Position numbers and translations under genes: made by a program. A DNA stretch of 63,096 nucleotides, filler included, from Octopus bimaculoides (taxonomy: Eukaryota): the NCBI RefSeq assembly GCF_001194135.2. It is 7 parts of 7 records of this genome, joined end to end, with 100 filler letters (N's around TTAATTAATTAA, not from the genome) between each part and the next. Parts side by side here need not be neighbours in the genome. Positions count along the whole stretch, not along the records: positions 1 to 29,768 come from NC_068981.1; 6 more parts are not named here. One strand, 5' to 3'. Each line of letters begins with the position of its first letter. The first letter of the stretch is position 1. Below the pieces are notes generated by a model. It searched no databases, had not been told where the DNA came from, and was given only the letters and a program-made list of their open reading frames with translations. Shown here one piece after another: positions 1 to 10,944 of the stretch.

Positions 1-149
1 ATATTGGGAAGAATATATAATTTGTTATTATATAATTTTAGTAATATTTAATTCATATATTTATTTTATTTAAATTATTGCATTATTTTTTATTTTTTAT
101 TTATTTAAAAAAAAATTATTTATATAGTCTATTCAAGTGCTTTAGAAAT

Positions 150-637
150 AAAATTGTGTGGTTATTTGATTCAGGAGTTGGGGGTTCAATACTTCATTTT
201 ACTAAATGTAAAATTACTTCAGTGCCACTCTTATGGTTTTATTGGAAAATATATTTGAATAACTATTGTCCTTTTTAAAAACCATTTTTACTATTTTAAG
301 TGTCTCCTTAATAATATTAGTCATAACTTGATCCCAATACAGAATAATTAACCATATAATATCTTTTTTATTTTTCATATTTTTATATTATCATTATTAG
401 ACATCATCAGTATTAAATTGTTATTCTTAGGTATATTATATCTCTTTATGTATACTTTACAATATTTCTTACTATTGCTCATATTCTCATTATCATTATT
501 ACTATTATTATTGTAATCATTATTAACAACTATATCATTTTTATCTTTATTTAGTTTGTTATATTGTCTTTTATTATTATTATTATTCATAATTTTACTG
601 TTAGATCTATTATTAGTTTTATTAGGAATACTTGTTA

Positions 638-671
<34 letters not shown>

Positions 672-1130
672 TTCATAATAATTAAAGAATTTTATATTAG
701 AATTGTATTCTGCTTCTTTTAATGCTTTATTATAATAAGGGGCATTTTTATTAAAAGTGTCATAATCTGAGAATAGCATAGATATCTTTTACTTATATTA
801 TTTATTAAGACTTCTTTAAGTGATTTAGGATGGTTACTTGAAGAACAAATATACTTTAGGCTTTCATTCAACTTATGGAATGGATGGATCTTATTAGTGA
901 CTAGATTAAGGTTGATGTCTAGATAATTTACTGCATAATGCTTATTCTCTATAGATATTCCTAGGCCATTATTCTTAAAGAACTTGTACATTTTCTTCTT
1001 AAGGCATTCTAATGATCTATTGGTACAATTCCTAGTTATAAGTAGTAGGTCGTCCCTATGAAGACCACCCTCTATATCTCTTATCTGAACTAGAAATAGA
1101 ATTCACGAATATAGAGGGTGGTCAGAAATA
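150..1130 (-). mobile_element. Degenerate Penelope-like element (Naiad-like): RT core, thumb and Asn-rich linker
   Basis: Minus-strand frames read GGLHRDDLL (YxDD-equivalent), NYLDINLNL, YICSSSNHP and NKNAPYYNKAL, then a poly-Asn stretch and a decayed equivalent of the WFNPP...NIGK..LKIV linker; several frameshifts and stops. Confidence 0.75.
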
Positions 1131-1309
1131 GCATTACAACTTTCCCTCCCTGCTGGCCAAACTTTTAGGCAGGGTCTACATTCTGTTTTGCAGTACTCAT
1201 ATTTCTTTATCTTTAAACCTCCACTCTTCTTGTTTGAACTACCATTGATTCTGAAAGTTCAAACACGAATCTGCTAATCAGTGTTGTATCTCATCAATGG
1301 AAAATAACT

Positions 1310-1568
1310 TCTCCTTTGAGACAATTGTGGGACCCCCTTATAAACGCTTATGAAATTCATACATAAATATTTGCTTAAAATAACATATATTTTTATATTT
1401 ATTTATTTAACAGTATTTAACAAATGGGTTTATTGTCAATTAAAAGATTTCGATTAAAAAACATATATAAAATCAAATTGTCCATAAAAAGTATTTGCTG
1501 TCTACGGACCCCCTGTCTTGTCCTTGCGGACCCCCTGTGGTCCGCGGACCACAGTTTGAAAACCCCTG
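1310..1568. mobile_element. hAT-type MITE, right end
   Basis: Ends ggtccgcggaccacagtttgaaaacccctg (TIR CAGGGGTTTTCAAAC on the reverse strand), followed by gtcTAgag, matching the nnnTAnnn target preference of Buster/Charlie hATs. Confidence 0.55.
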
Positions 1569-3137
1569 GTCTAGAGTATGCGAGATGAAGTTACCTCCAA
1601 ATTAAAATTTTGTCTTACATTTTATTTGTAAATTTATACAGAATTATAAAGATAGAATCATTGTTGTTTAAACCTAAACCAGCCCTGATTGAATAGACCT
1701 ATGATTGTGTACTGGTTGTGACTATCTTATCTTTCTTTAAAAAAAAAAAAACCCAAAATACAATAGGATGTAAATTGAAGGAGATTTTGCAGTTATTTCT
1801 AACAGGTTGTGCACTCATGTAGAGGTTCTCTTTGGCTTGTAATATTTTCCGTTTAGCTTTGTGTGTGTGTGTGTGTGTGTGTTTGTGTGTGTGATGGGTG
1901 AGATTAAGTTTCTTTAGAATTCTTTTTTAGCATTTGTCTTTTGATTATGTTTAATGAAGATATCAAGTACCTTTTACTACAATATTATCATAAAATAAAA
2001 TAAAAATCTGCAATCTGAAGTTAGATTTATGGTTGGAAATCAGCTCTTTCTGCTTTTCCAATTTTCTAAGCTGAATTATATTGGAAATATATTTCAAAGC
2101 TGAATCTATATTTAAAAGAATGCCACAAATTATTGAGTAGAACCAACAAAAGTGGTGCAAGACTGAAAACTTGCCACTTAAAGATTTTACTTTGCTTGAA
2201 TTGACAATATGAACATAATAGAAGATAATTTTACAAAGTAAAATGATTGCACATTGAAAGAACATTGAGCTCTTATTCATCAGATTGACTATATTGTTCT
2301 AACTTGACACTAAGAACATGTGAATAAGAATGCCTGCTGAACACAATATGAAAATGAAAACAAGGTAAAATGAACAATAATAATGGGTTATCATTTGTAT
2401 AGATTTTACATTTTAAATGACCATAAAGAAAAACACACTTAACAATAAGCAAGGAGTTATTGTAGTAATGAATAAATTTTGGCAAGGCAAAAGACATTTG
2501 CAATTTTTATTGTATTGTATCTTTAAAACAAGAATATAATATTGTTTTACGATTGTGAATTTAGACAGGGGGGAAAAAACACTTATATAACTGAAAATGT
2601 TTAGTTACTAAAAATAGTTAAATGTCAAAAAGAATTCTAAATACTTTATGGAATATGAGTGCTTAACAGAAATAGTATTAAATCAAGCAGATGATATTTA
2701 GTTTCAGGATAAGAATTTTGATTAGGTTGCTTAAAAATTGCAACTTTTTTCAGTCAGGGATTGTAAACATATTTCAGTAACAGTGTGATTAAAAACTATT
2801 TATCTTTCATTCATTATGACAAGAGGATGGAAAAGGAACATTTTTGGGTGTAAATCCATTTTGTGAAGAATTGATTTATTGAGACAGAGAACTTGTCTTG
2901 AAGACTTGATCCTCAGCTTCTATATCAAGCCAGTCTTTTTAGCCATTGCTTTTCAATCTTTCATTTACTAGTTGGAGATCTGACATTGACTCTTTCAAAC
3001 AGTAATCAATTAAATAGAGTGTTTCTGCTGCTTCCAGTGTTGGTAGGCTGAACTAACTCTTAGTCCCTACAGCACAATTTCATTGATTCAGAATGAACTG
3101 CATCAATGAGAGATAAATAAATTTTCAATGAACATAC

Positions 3138-3292
3138 CTGTAATTACTTTTCTTGCAGTGGAAATAGCCTTTATAAATGCCTCTATCCAATGAAAAATAC
3201 AGTCACTTTTGTCAAGGCTGTTGAAATCTGCTGCCACAACAACTTTCACAGGCCTGCTATTACAAGCAGAAGACTGGAAGCTGAAATAGAAC
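3138..3292 (-). CDS. Candidate internal coding exon of an unidentified host gene (FYFSFQSSACNSRPVKVVVAADFNSLDKSDCIFHWIEAFIKAISTARKVIT)
   Basis: Acceptor tttcatttgctttcctag|G and donor ACAG|gtatgt; 155 nt with one open frame (phase 2 to phase 1); unique-looking sequence. Confidence 0.4.
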
Positions 3293-3479
3293 CTAGGAAA
3301 GCAAATGAAATGCCAGGAAACTGATGCCTTAATATCATTAAAGTTGGGCATAGTACTGATCTCAAAAGCATTTATGTAAGTGGTTTTGTTAGAACTCTCT
3401 AAACCGTGGGAAAACTATATTGTGAGGAGGTAAGTAAAAAGAGATCAAAACACCAATGAGTTCGTGAAGTTGCTTAAAC

Positions 3480-3830
3480 AAAGGGTGGTAAGCAAGGAGT
3501 AATCCTATTGGTGTGGATACAGGGGATTTTGAAGTCAGTCTCTCTAGAGATACTGCAGCATGCTGGGCTTCACTGAAGCTAGTAGGCAGGCTACTGAGGC
3601 AGCAGAAGTTGCTTCAAGATGACTGTAGATTGAGAAGTGTGAGTCATAGATGGAGTAGTGCTGCCTAGGATAGTACTAACCGGATGCAAGCTGGGGTTTG
3701 ATGAACTCCGGCTGGGTCACCTGGCTAAGGATGTATGATTGTTGAAAGACCTAAAACATCCAATGACTCCCAAATAACATCACTGATGATGTGTCCATTT
3801 CATCACAAGATGATTTATGAAAAATATAAT
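3480..3830 (+). mobile_element. 3' end of a HERO-like (RLE) non-LTR retrotransposon
   Basis: Decayed translation around GF..SL....MLGFTEASRQA..AAEVASR.L resembles the HERO C-terminus (GCRGF...AAERASRWLW); followed by a 3' UTR. Confidence 0.5.
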
Positions 3831-3849
3831 CAAATGCACCACCCAAAAT

Positions 3850-4560
3850 GTTGGCTATTTCCTATTCACATTTTGTTTTGAAGTGTGAGTCTGGAGGAAG
3901 GAGTATTGTCCATGGCATTCACAGGTCATCATAGACTGGTGAGATTAATGTTATTAATGTTCCTCTTGAGCTTTTGCAAGTCAGCACTTACTAGAAAGGT
4001 GCAAACAGGGAAGTAATTTCAGAGGGACAGTGTTCTGGAAATGAAGGACTAGGTGTAGTGAGTTGTGTGGAGCCTAAGGTGGAGGAGAAACACAACAAAC
4101 ATGATGAGAGAAGATAAGATGAGTTGGTTGAGAATGTCTGAGAGGAATTAGCATGAGTCTATTGCAGTGTGGTAGAGAAGGTAGAAAGAGGAGATGGCAT
4201 GCCTATGGGCCAAAGACTGGAGAATGTTGGTGAGTGAGTTTAAGCCAGTTACTCAGTTGGCCCTTTTCTGGATGTAGTTAAACATGTCTGTGTATGCAGC
4301 AGCAGCAGGAGCAGGGAAGGAGGAGCAGGAGCAGCAAGAGCAGCAGGAGCAGCAGCTGTAGGAGAAGCAGCAGCCCAGATGCGAAAGCAATACTCCACTG
4401 TGGACCTCATCCAAGCTTGTAGCATATCAGTAATCATTGAGGGCTGGAGTATCTTCAAGCACTAAAACGAAGGCCAGACATTAGGACATGGCTCTTGCTA
4501 TGTTAAGGATGTCCCTTCACTAGAAGAAATCCCTGGTGATAGTGAGGCACAACATTTAGA
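3850..4560 (-). mobile_element. 3' part of a CR1/L2/Jockey-type LINE, degenerate
   Basis: Minus strand reads SLAHRHAISSFYL... and ...FISRT..L.N..P..F....DLQKLKRNINNINL, typical of post-RT LINE C-termini. Confidence 0.45.
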
Positions 4561-4859
4561 GCAATTGTGAGAACTGCTTAGTAGCATGCTGTTCATGCTT
4601 AAGAGTATGTATGTGTGAGTGGATGTTTTTTTGATACGAGTAGTGTTTATGTTTTGTTGTTGTTAATAGAGACAAGGAAGGGATTGGGAAGAATGAAGGG
4701 AGGTGGCACATGAGGAAAATTGGGCAGCTTGTTTGTGTTGCAAAGAAGACATTGATGAATCGAAGGAAGAGAAACGGGGATGAAACCAAACACATAATGT
4801 TTTGTAAACCAATGAGGAAATCTCTCAAGTCAACAAGATAACCACTACATGGTCACTGA

Positions 4860-5330
4860 CTTGCAAGTTATAGCAGATAAATCTCCCTCAAATCACACCT
4901 TACCACCTTACAAAAAGAAAGGACATTAACAAGGACAATGTACTTCTTGGATATACCATATCTGAAATTATGATGGAATATCCATAGAGGATCCTTTTTA
5001 TATCTGAAGACTGCATTGAATTACATGTAATTTAATAAAGCTATATTAATTAAAATTTTTAGTAAATGTATGCAAAATATATGATTGTATGCATTATAAA
5101 AATCTAATTATAAAAATATAAAGATACAAAATGTAAAGATTTGAAATAAAATGTAAACTGGCTTTCTTTTAAGGACCTTTTATGAATTTAAGAACACTAC
5201 AAAATCTTACTGTGTAATCAATACAAATGTATTTCCTTAATATAAAATTACAGACTTCTTCCAGTAGGTCAGACCTCAGGAACTCAAAGGATATTTATAG
5301 TTTTCAGGTTAAGGTTCTCATTTTCCTTTT
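4860..5330 (-). repeat. Interspersed AT-rich repeat, inverted partner of 6265-7000
   Basis: The reverse complement matches aaaatgagaaccttagcctgaaa...gagttcctga...ctggaagaagtctgta and cttcagatataaaaa...tttcagatatggtatatc. Confidence 0.6.
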
Positions 5331-5435
5331 TCCGTTGGTGAATTTGATCAGAGTTAAGCTGAGGCCTAGCAACATCAATAACACCAACTTCAGTTACCAT
5401 AATTAACTATATTAGCTTTTGTCAACAAAACATCC

Positions 5436-5744
5436 TCAATCTGGGTCCCAGGTTCATTCCTACTGCGTGGCACCTTGAGCAAGTGTCTTCTACTATAACC
5501 TCAGGCCAACCAAAACCTTGTGAGTGGATTTGGTAGATGGAAACTGAAAGAACAACACTAAAGCAAAAGCCTATATAGGCAAAGGCATGAATATGTAGTA
5601 AAAAGTTTGCTTCCCAACCATATGGTTTTGGGTTCAGTTCCATTGTGTAGCACCTTGGGCAAGTGTCTTCTACTATAACCACAGACTGACCAAAGCCTTG
5701 TGAGTGGATTTGATAGACAGAAACTGAAAGAAGCATATTGTATG

Positions 5745-5813
<69 letters not shown>

Positions 5814-5960
5814 ACAAATCTTTGTGTCTGTGTTTGTTCCACAACACTGCTTGACAACTGGTGTGTTTATGTCCTTGTAACCTAGCAAATCAGCAAAAAA
5901 ATTCGATAAAATGAGTACCAGGCTTAAAAATTATGTCCTGAGATTGATTTGTTCAGCTAA
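5436..5960 (+). mobile_element. tRNA-derived SINE with tandemly duplicated head and internal (TA)n(TG)n
   Basis: Two consecutive ...ggttcagt.ccact...caccttgggcaagtgtcttctactataacc...gtgagtggatttggtagatggaaactgaaag units, then a microsatellite and the SINE body. Confidence 0.8.
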
Positions 5961-6264
5961 AAGATAATCTCAGTTTCTATTTACCTTATATCTTTTATCA
6001 ATTACTTGTGGCCATGCTGTGGCACCACCTTGAAGGGTTTTAGTCGAACAAATCAACCCCCAAAGGCTTATTTTTTTTATGCCTGGTACTTATATTGTCA
6101 TCACCATAATCATTATTATAATGATAATCTTCATCATTTAACATCTGCTTTTCCCTGCTCACCACCTTTTGAGAAGAGTTAATATAATCCTTTATAAAAA
6201 TTGAAGTTGTCATTGCTAAGCTTCATCACAACCTGGATCAAACACACTTATGGTATGAGATAAA

Positions 6265-7000
6265 ATGAGAACCTTAGCCTGAAAGCCACATGTGGCTTTT
6301 GAGTTCCTGAAGTGTGGCCTTCTGGAAGAAGTCTGTATTTTACATTAAAATATACATTTGTGTTGATTAAATAGTATTATATTTATTGAAACGATATTAA
6401 ATTCTTAAAAAGTCATTAACAACAAGTTGACATTTTTATTTCGTATTTTGATATTTATATTTATAATTACATTTTTATTTATAATTACATTTCATATTTA
6501 TAACAACATATTCATAATGAGTAGAATAGTTTTTCACATAGAGTTATTAAAATTTCCTTTAATATAATCCTATTACTAGATGGTGAGCTGGTAGAATTGT
6601 TAGCACAGTGGGCAAAATGTTTAGTGGCATTTCATCTGTCATTATGTTCTGAGTTCAAATGCTGCTATGGTTGACTTTGCATTCCAGGATCAATAAAATA
6701 AGTACTAATTGAGTACCAGGGTTGAAGTGATCCATTTAACACCTCCTCTGAAATTGTTGGCCTTGTGTCAAAATTTGAAACTAATATAGGTCTATTAGAT
6801 TACACATAAATCAATGCCACCTTCAGATATAAAAAAAATATTCCTTGCTGGTAAAAGCATTGCAGAAATGACTAATTTGGTATATTTTCAGATATGGTAT
6901 ATCAACTATTACATTATACAGTGTATCCTTTTAGGTTTTTAGATGATGAGAAAGGATTTCATGGGGATGCATTTGCTATTTCTAGCAGGGAAACATTATA
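6265..7000 (+). repeat. Interspersed AT-rich repeat interrupted by a SINE (about 6575-6790)
   Basis: Inverted homology to 4860-5330; ends in the recurrent ...gatttg.gggagattt.gctatttctagcagg motif. Confidence 0.6.
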
Positions 7001-7165
7001 ATCAAGCTTTTCAAATTGTTTTTGTAAATACCTTGTATTTTAGGGATTTACAAATATTCATTGGAATGTGGTTAAGAAGGTGCAAACAGGGCTTTGTAGT
7101 TAAGAAGTTCATTTTAATTCATGTGGTTTCAGGTTTGACACTCCTACTTGGCACCTTGGGCAAGC

Positions 7166-7166
<1 letters not shown>

Positions 7167-7213
<47 letters not shown>

Positions 7214-7790
7214 TGTTTAACGTCTATTTTCCATGCTGGCATGAGTTGGATGGTTTAATAGGAGCTGACCAGCTGAAGGTCTGTTCAAGCACCCTGTCTG
7301 TTTTGGCATGGTTTCTATAGCTGGATACCCTTCCTAATACCGACCACTTTACAAAGTGTACTGGGTGCTTTTACACAGCATTGGCACAGGTACTTTTTAT
7401 ACAACAGCACATATGAGCCTGTGGGATTAGGGATGCTCAGTTGGAGAGGGTTACAGGGGACGAGCCTGTAGGGAAGGACAACCGTACTTTTATTTAACTT
7501 GACATGTCTTTTCAAGCACAGCAAACCACCAGGAGTTTTGGTCCCCTGTCATCCCATCTGTGAGTCCCAACGTATGTAGTTCCTTTCTCACCACTTTGCC
7601 CCATGTTTTTCTGGATCTACCCCTTCCACATGTTCCCTCTACAATTAGAGATCAGCACCTCTTGATGCAACTATCTTCATTCATATGCATTACATGGCCA
7701 TTCCAGCATGGTCTTCTCTCTTGCAAACTACATCTGATGCTATGTATACCCAGCTTTTCTCTCAAATCACTTACTGTCAAATAGGCTGAC
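7167..7790 (-). mobile_element. RTE-clade LINE 3' end with (CAT)n/(TGA)n tail
   Basis: Minus strand reads ...GHVMHMNEDSCIKRC..LIVEGTCGR..., then a 3' UTR and a catcatcat tail. Confidence 0.8.
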
Positions 7791-7910
7791 CAGTACCTTT
7801 TGAGTGAAATTTAGTTGATGGAAACTACATGAAAGAAAGTTCATCATATATATCTAAATGCATGGTTGTGCATGTATGCATGTGTGTGTATATAAATATA
7901 ATATAATATA

Positions 7911-7949
<39 letters not shown>

Positions 7950-8344
7950 GCAGAATAATAAAAAAGTTCTTGGTTCAGTATTAATATATTTGAAAAAAAT
8001 GAGTAAAAATGGCTTTTGGGAAAATTTTAATTTTAATGATAATGTTTACAGTTACTCTAATGAGTTTTGAGCTTTTTGATAGCTGTTTTCAAACTGAAAT
8101 TCTGTGGTTTAGAAGGTTGTTTATATAGCAAAAGATCTTTTTCTTACAAGTATACAAATAAAAAATAAAAATAGAAAATAAAAGATTAAAAAAATAAAAA
8201 ATAAGAAATAAAAAAATAAAGAATATAAAAACTAATATAAAAAATAATATAACAATAATAAAAGAATACAAAAAGTAAATACAATCATCATCATCATCAT
8301 CATCATCATTATCATCATCATCGTTATTGTTATTGTTGTTGTTG

Positions 8345-8393
<49 letters not shown>

Positions 8394-8397
8394 CATT

Positions 8398-8614
8398 AAT
8401 AGGTGGCAAGCTAGCAGAAGTGCTAGCATGCTGGACAAAATGCTTAGCAGTATTTCTCCCATCACTATGTTTTGAGTTCAAACCCTGCCAAGGTCAACTT
8501 TGCCTTTTATCCTTTTGAGGTCGATAAATTAAGTACCAGTCAAGTATTGGGGTTGATGTGATCGATTGTCTCCTTCCCCTCAAAAATCCTAGCCTTGTGT
8601 CTATAGTAGAAAGG

Positions 8615-8645
<31 letters not shown>
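8398..8645 (+). mobile_element. tRNA-derived SINE (ggcgagctggcagaa family) with (ATT)n tail, CpG-depleted copy
   Basis: ggtggcaagctagcagaa...gagttcaaac...aagtaccag...agtagaaagg followed by (att)n. Confidence 0.8.
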
Positions 8646-8650
<5 letters not shown>

Positions 8651-8842
8651 AGAAGAAAAGAAAACGAAAAAAGATAAAAGAAAAGACGAAAAAAGAATAA
8701 GTAAAGGTAAAAGGTGGAAGGTAAGAAAACAAGATGTAGTTTTTCATAGGGTAATTTGCAAAAACCTGGACCTGCTCCATGATAAAAACTGGTAGGAACA
8801 CAAACCACCACCAGTGCTTGAAAATGATCACATCTCACTGAT

Positions 8843-8937
8843 GATTAGTCTATCAAGTGATTAGTCTATCAAGTGATTAGTCTATCAAGTGATTAGTCTA
8901 TCAAGTGATTAGTCTATCAAGTGATTAGTCTATCAAG
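8843..8937. repeat. Perfect 16-bp minisatellite (GATTAGTCTATCAAGT) x6
   Basis: Five identical units plus a sixth lacking its last base. Confidence 0.95.
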
Positions 8938-9339
8938 AATAAAAAGATGGAATATTTTTAATAGTGGTCAAAAATGTTGTTGAGTTCTTGTCAAAAGATG
9001 ACCTTTGTGAATCTTTTGATTTGAGATCATTTTATTCATTTTTCACAGTTGGTATGGTGTGCCCTTGTTTAGTCACACACGCACACACACATACACACAC
9101 ATAAATCCACATACACATACATACACATACATTCACAGATCTACACACACGTGTTTACATACATCCATACACACGCACGTGTGTACATATCGATATTTAT
9201 GTATATGTATACACTTGGAGACATGTGTATGTACATGAATGTGTGTGAGGGTGTATGTATGAATGTATGTGTATATATGTGTGTAACTAGATGCAGGTGT
9301 GTAAATGTGTGTGGGTGTGTTTGTGTGTGTTTGTGTGAG

Positions 9340-9700
9340 AATTAAGTCAATGGAAAGAACAAGATCAAGGCAATGAATACATGGGCTGTCTCCTGAATGT
9401 GATTTGGTGCAGGTGTTGTTAGATGAGGAAATGGATAGAAAAACCAGAAAGTGATGACAATGAACAAAGAACTGCACCTTAAAAGTAATGTCCATAGATC
9501 GTATGTGTCTAGAAACAAGGAAGGAAAAGGACTCATAAGATGCAAGATCTGTGTTGTCAATGGGGAAAACAGTCTGGGATGGTATGTCAAACAGTAGATT
9601 GAACCTTTGGTTGTTACTGTTAAAAATTGCAACATGATACCTAGTGAAGATGTGATATACCCAAAAGAATTTAAGAAACAAGATGGAGAGAAAAGATTTA
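9340..9700 (+). mobile_element. R4/Dong-like non-LTR RT C-terminal fragment, degenerate
   Basis: Reads NKIKAMNTWAVS...MDRKTRKVMTMNKELHLKSNVHRSYVSRNKEGKGLI, matching the R4/NeSL post-RT motif HPxSDVDRLYxxRxxGGRGL. Confidence 0.7.
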
Positions 9701-9990
9701 ACAAATGGAAAGTGGAAGTAACGTATGGGCAATATTGTCTCTTTCACTATCTCTCTTTCTTTCTCACTCTCTCTCTTTTTCTCTCTCTCTCTTCCTCTCT
9801 GAAACATTTAAAAGCACAAAATTAATGCTGTCATCACTCACTGTCTCTTTCACTCTCTCTCTCTCTTTCTCTCTTACTTCCTCTCTGTTCTCCTCTCGCT
9901 CGCTTTGCCACTCACTTCTTCCTTTGAAGTAACCATACACACCACAGGTACATACAAAAACAAAGAAAACTAAGCATATTAATATTATTG

Positions 9991-10069
<79 letters not shown>

Positions 10070-10167
10070 TAATAATAAAATAATAATAATAAAATATCAT
10101 TCACTTAATAACAATGGCACTCTACTATTTTAGCTAATAATAATAATAATTATAATAATAATAATAA

Positions 10168-10506
10168 ATCATATTATCTCTGGCTGCCCAGTCCTGGCTA
10201 AGAAGGAATATATTCACAGACACGACAGAGCTGGGACCTGTATACGCTTGAAGCTATGCCAACACTATGGAATAACAACAGAAAAAAGATGGTATAAACA
10301 CATGCCAGAAAAGGTCACAGAAAACGAGAAAGCAACCATACTCTGGGATATGCCAATACACACAGATAGAGAAATTAAGGCAAATAAACCAGATATAGTT
10401 GTCAAAGATCATGAAGAAAAAAAATGCTTTCTAATTGATGTATCAATACCAGCAGATGACAACGTTTCCCTAAAAGAAATGGAAAAACTTTCAAAATACA
10501 AAGACC
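10168..10506 (+). mobile_element. Young 5'-truncated R4/Dong-like LINE: Zn-knuckle end and restriction-like endonuclease, inserted in (TAA)n
   Basis: HIISGCPVLAKKEYIHRHD, then an open frame ...ILWDMPIHTDREIKANKPDIVVKDHEEKKCFLIDVSIP (PD..D motif); TAA repeats on the left and after the gap. Confidence 0.85.
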
Positions 10507-10675
10507 TNNNNNNNNNNNNNNNNNNNNNNNNNNNNNNNNNNNNNNNNNNNNNNNNNNNNNNNNNNNNNNNNNNNNNNNNNNNNNNNNNNNNNNNNNNNNN
10601 NNNNNNNNNNNNNNNNNNNNNNNNNNNNNNNNNNNNNNNNNNNNNNNNNNNNNNNNNNNNNNNNAACTACTGAAC

Positions 10676-10725
<50 letters not shown>

Positions 10726-10890
10726 TAATAATGATAATAATAATAATAAATGTTTCAAATTTTGGCACAAGTCCAGCAATTTCAAGGATGAGGCTAAGTC
10801 GATTACATCAACCCTAGTGCTCAACTGTTATTTATTTTATTGACATCGAAAGGATGAAAGGCAAAAATAATAATAATAATAATAATAATA

Positions 10891-10944
<54 letters not shown>

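Noticed and set aside
6890-7000. Apparent exon MVYQLLHYTVYPFRFLDDEKGFHGDAFAISSRETL* after a good acceptor
   Set aside because: It is a degenerate copy of the dispersed ...gatttgagggagattt.gctatttctagcagg repeat, also seen inverted at 4860-5010 and elsewhere
8843-8937. CRISPR-like array
   Set aside because: No spacers between repeats, and the context is eukaryotic
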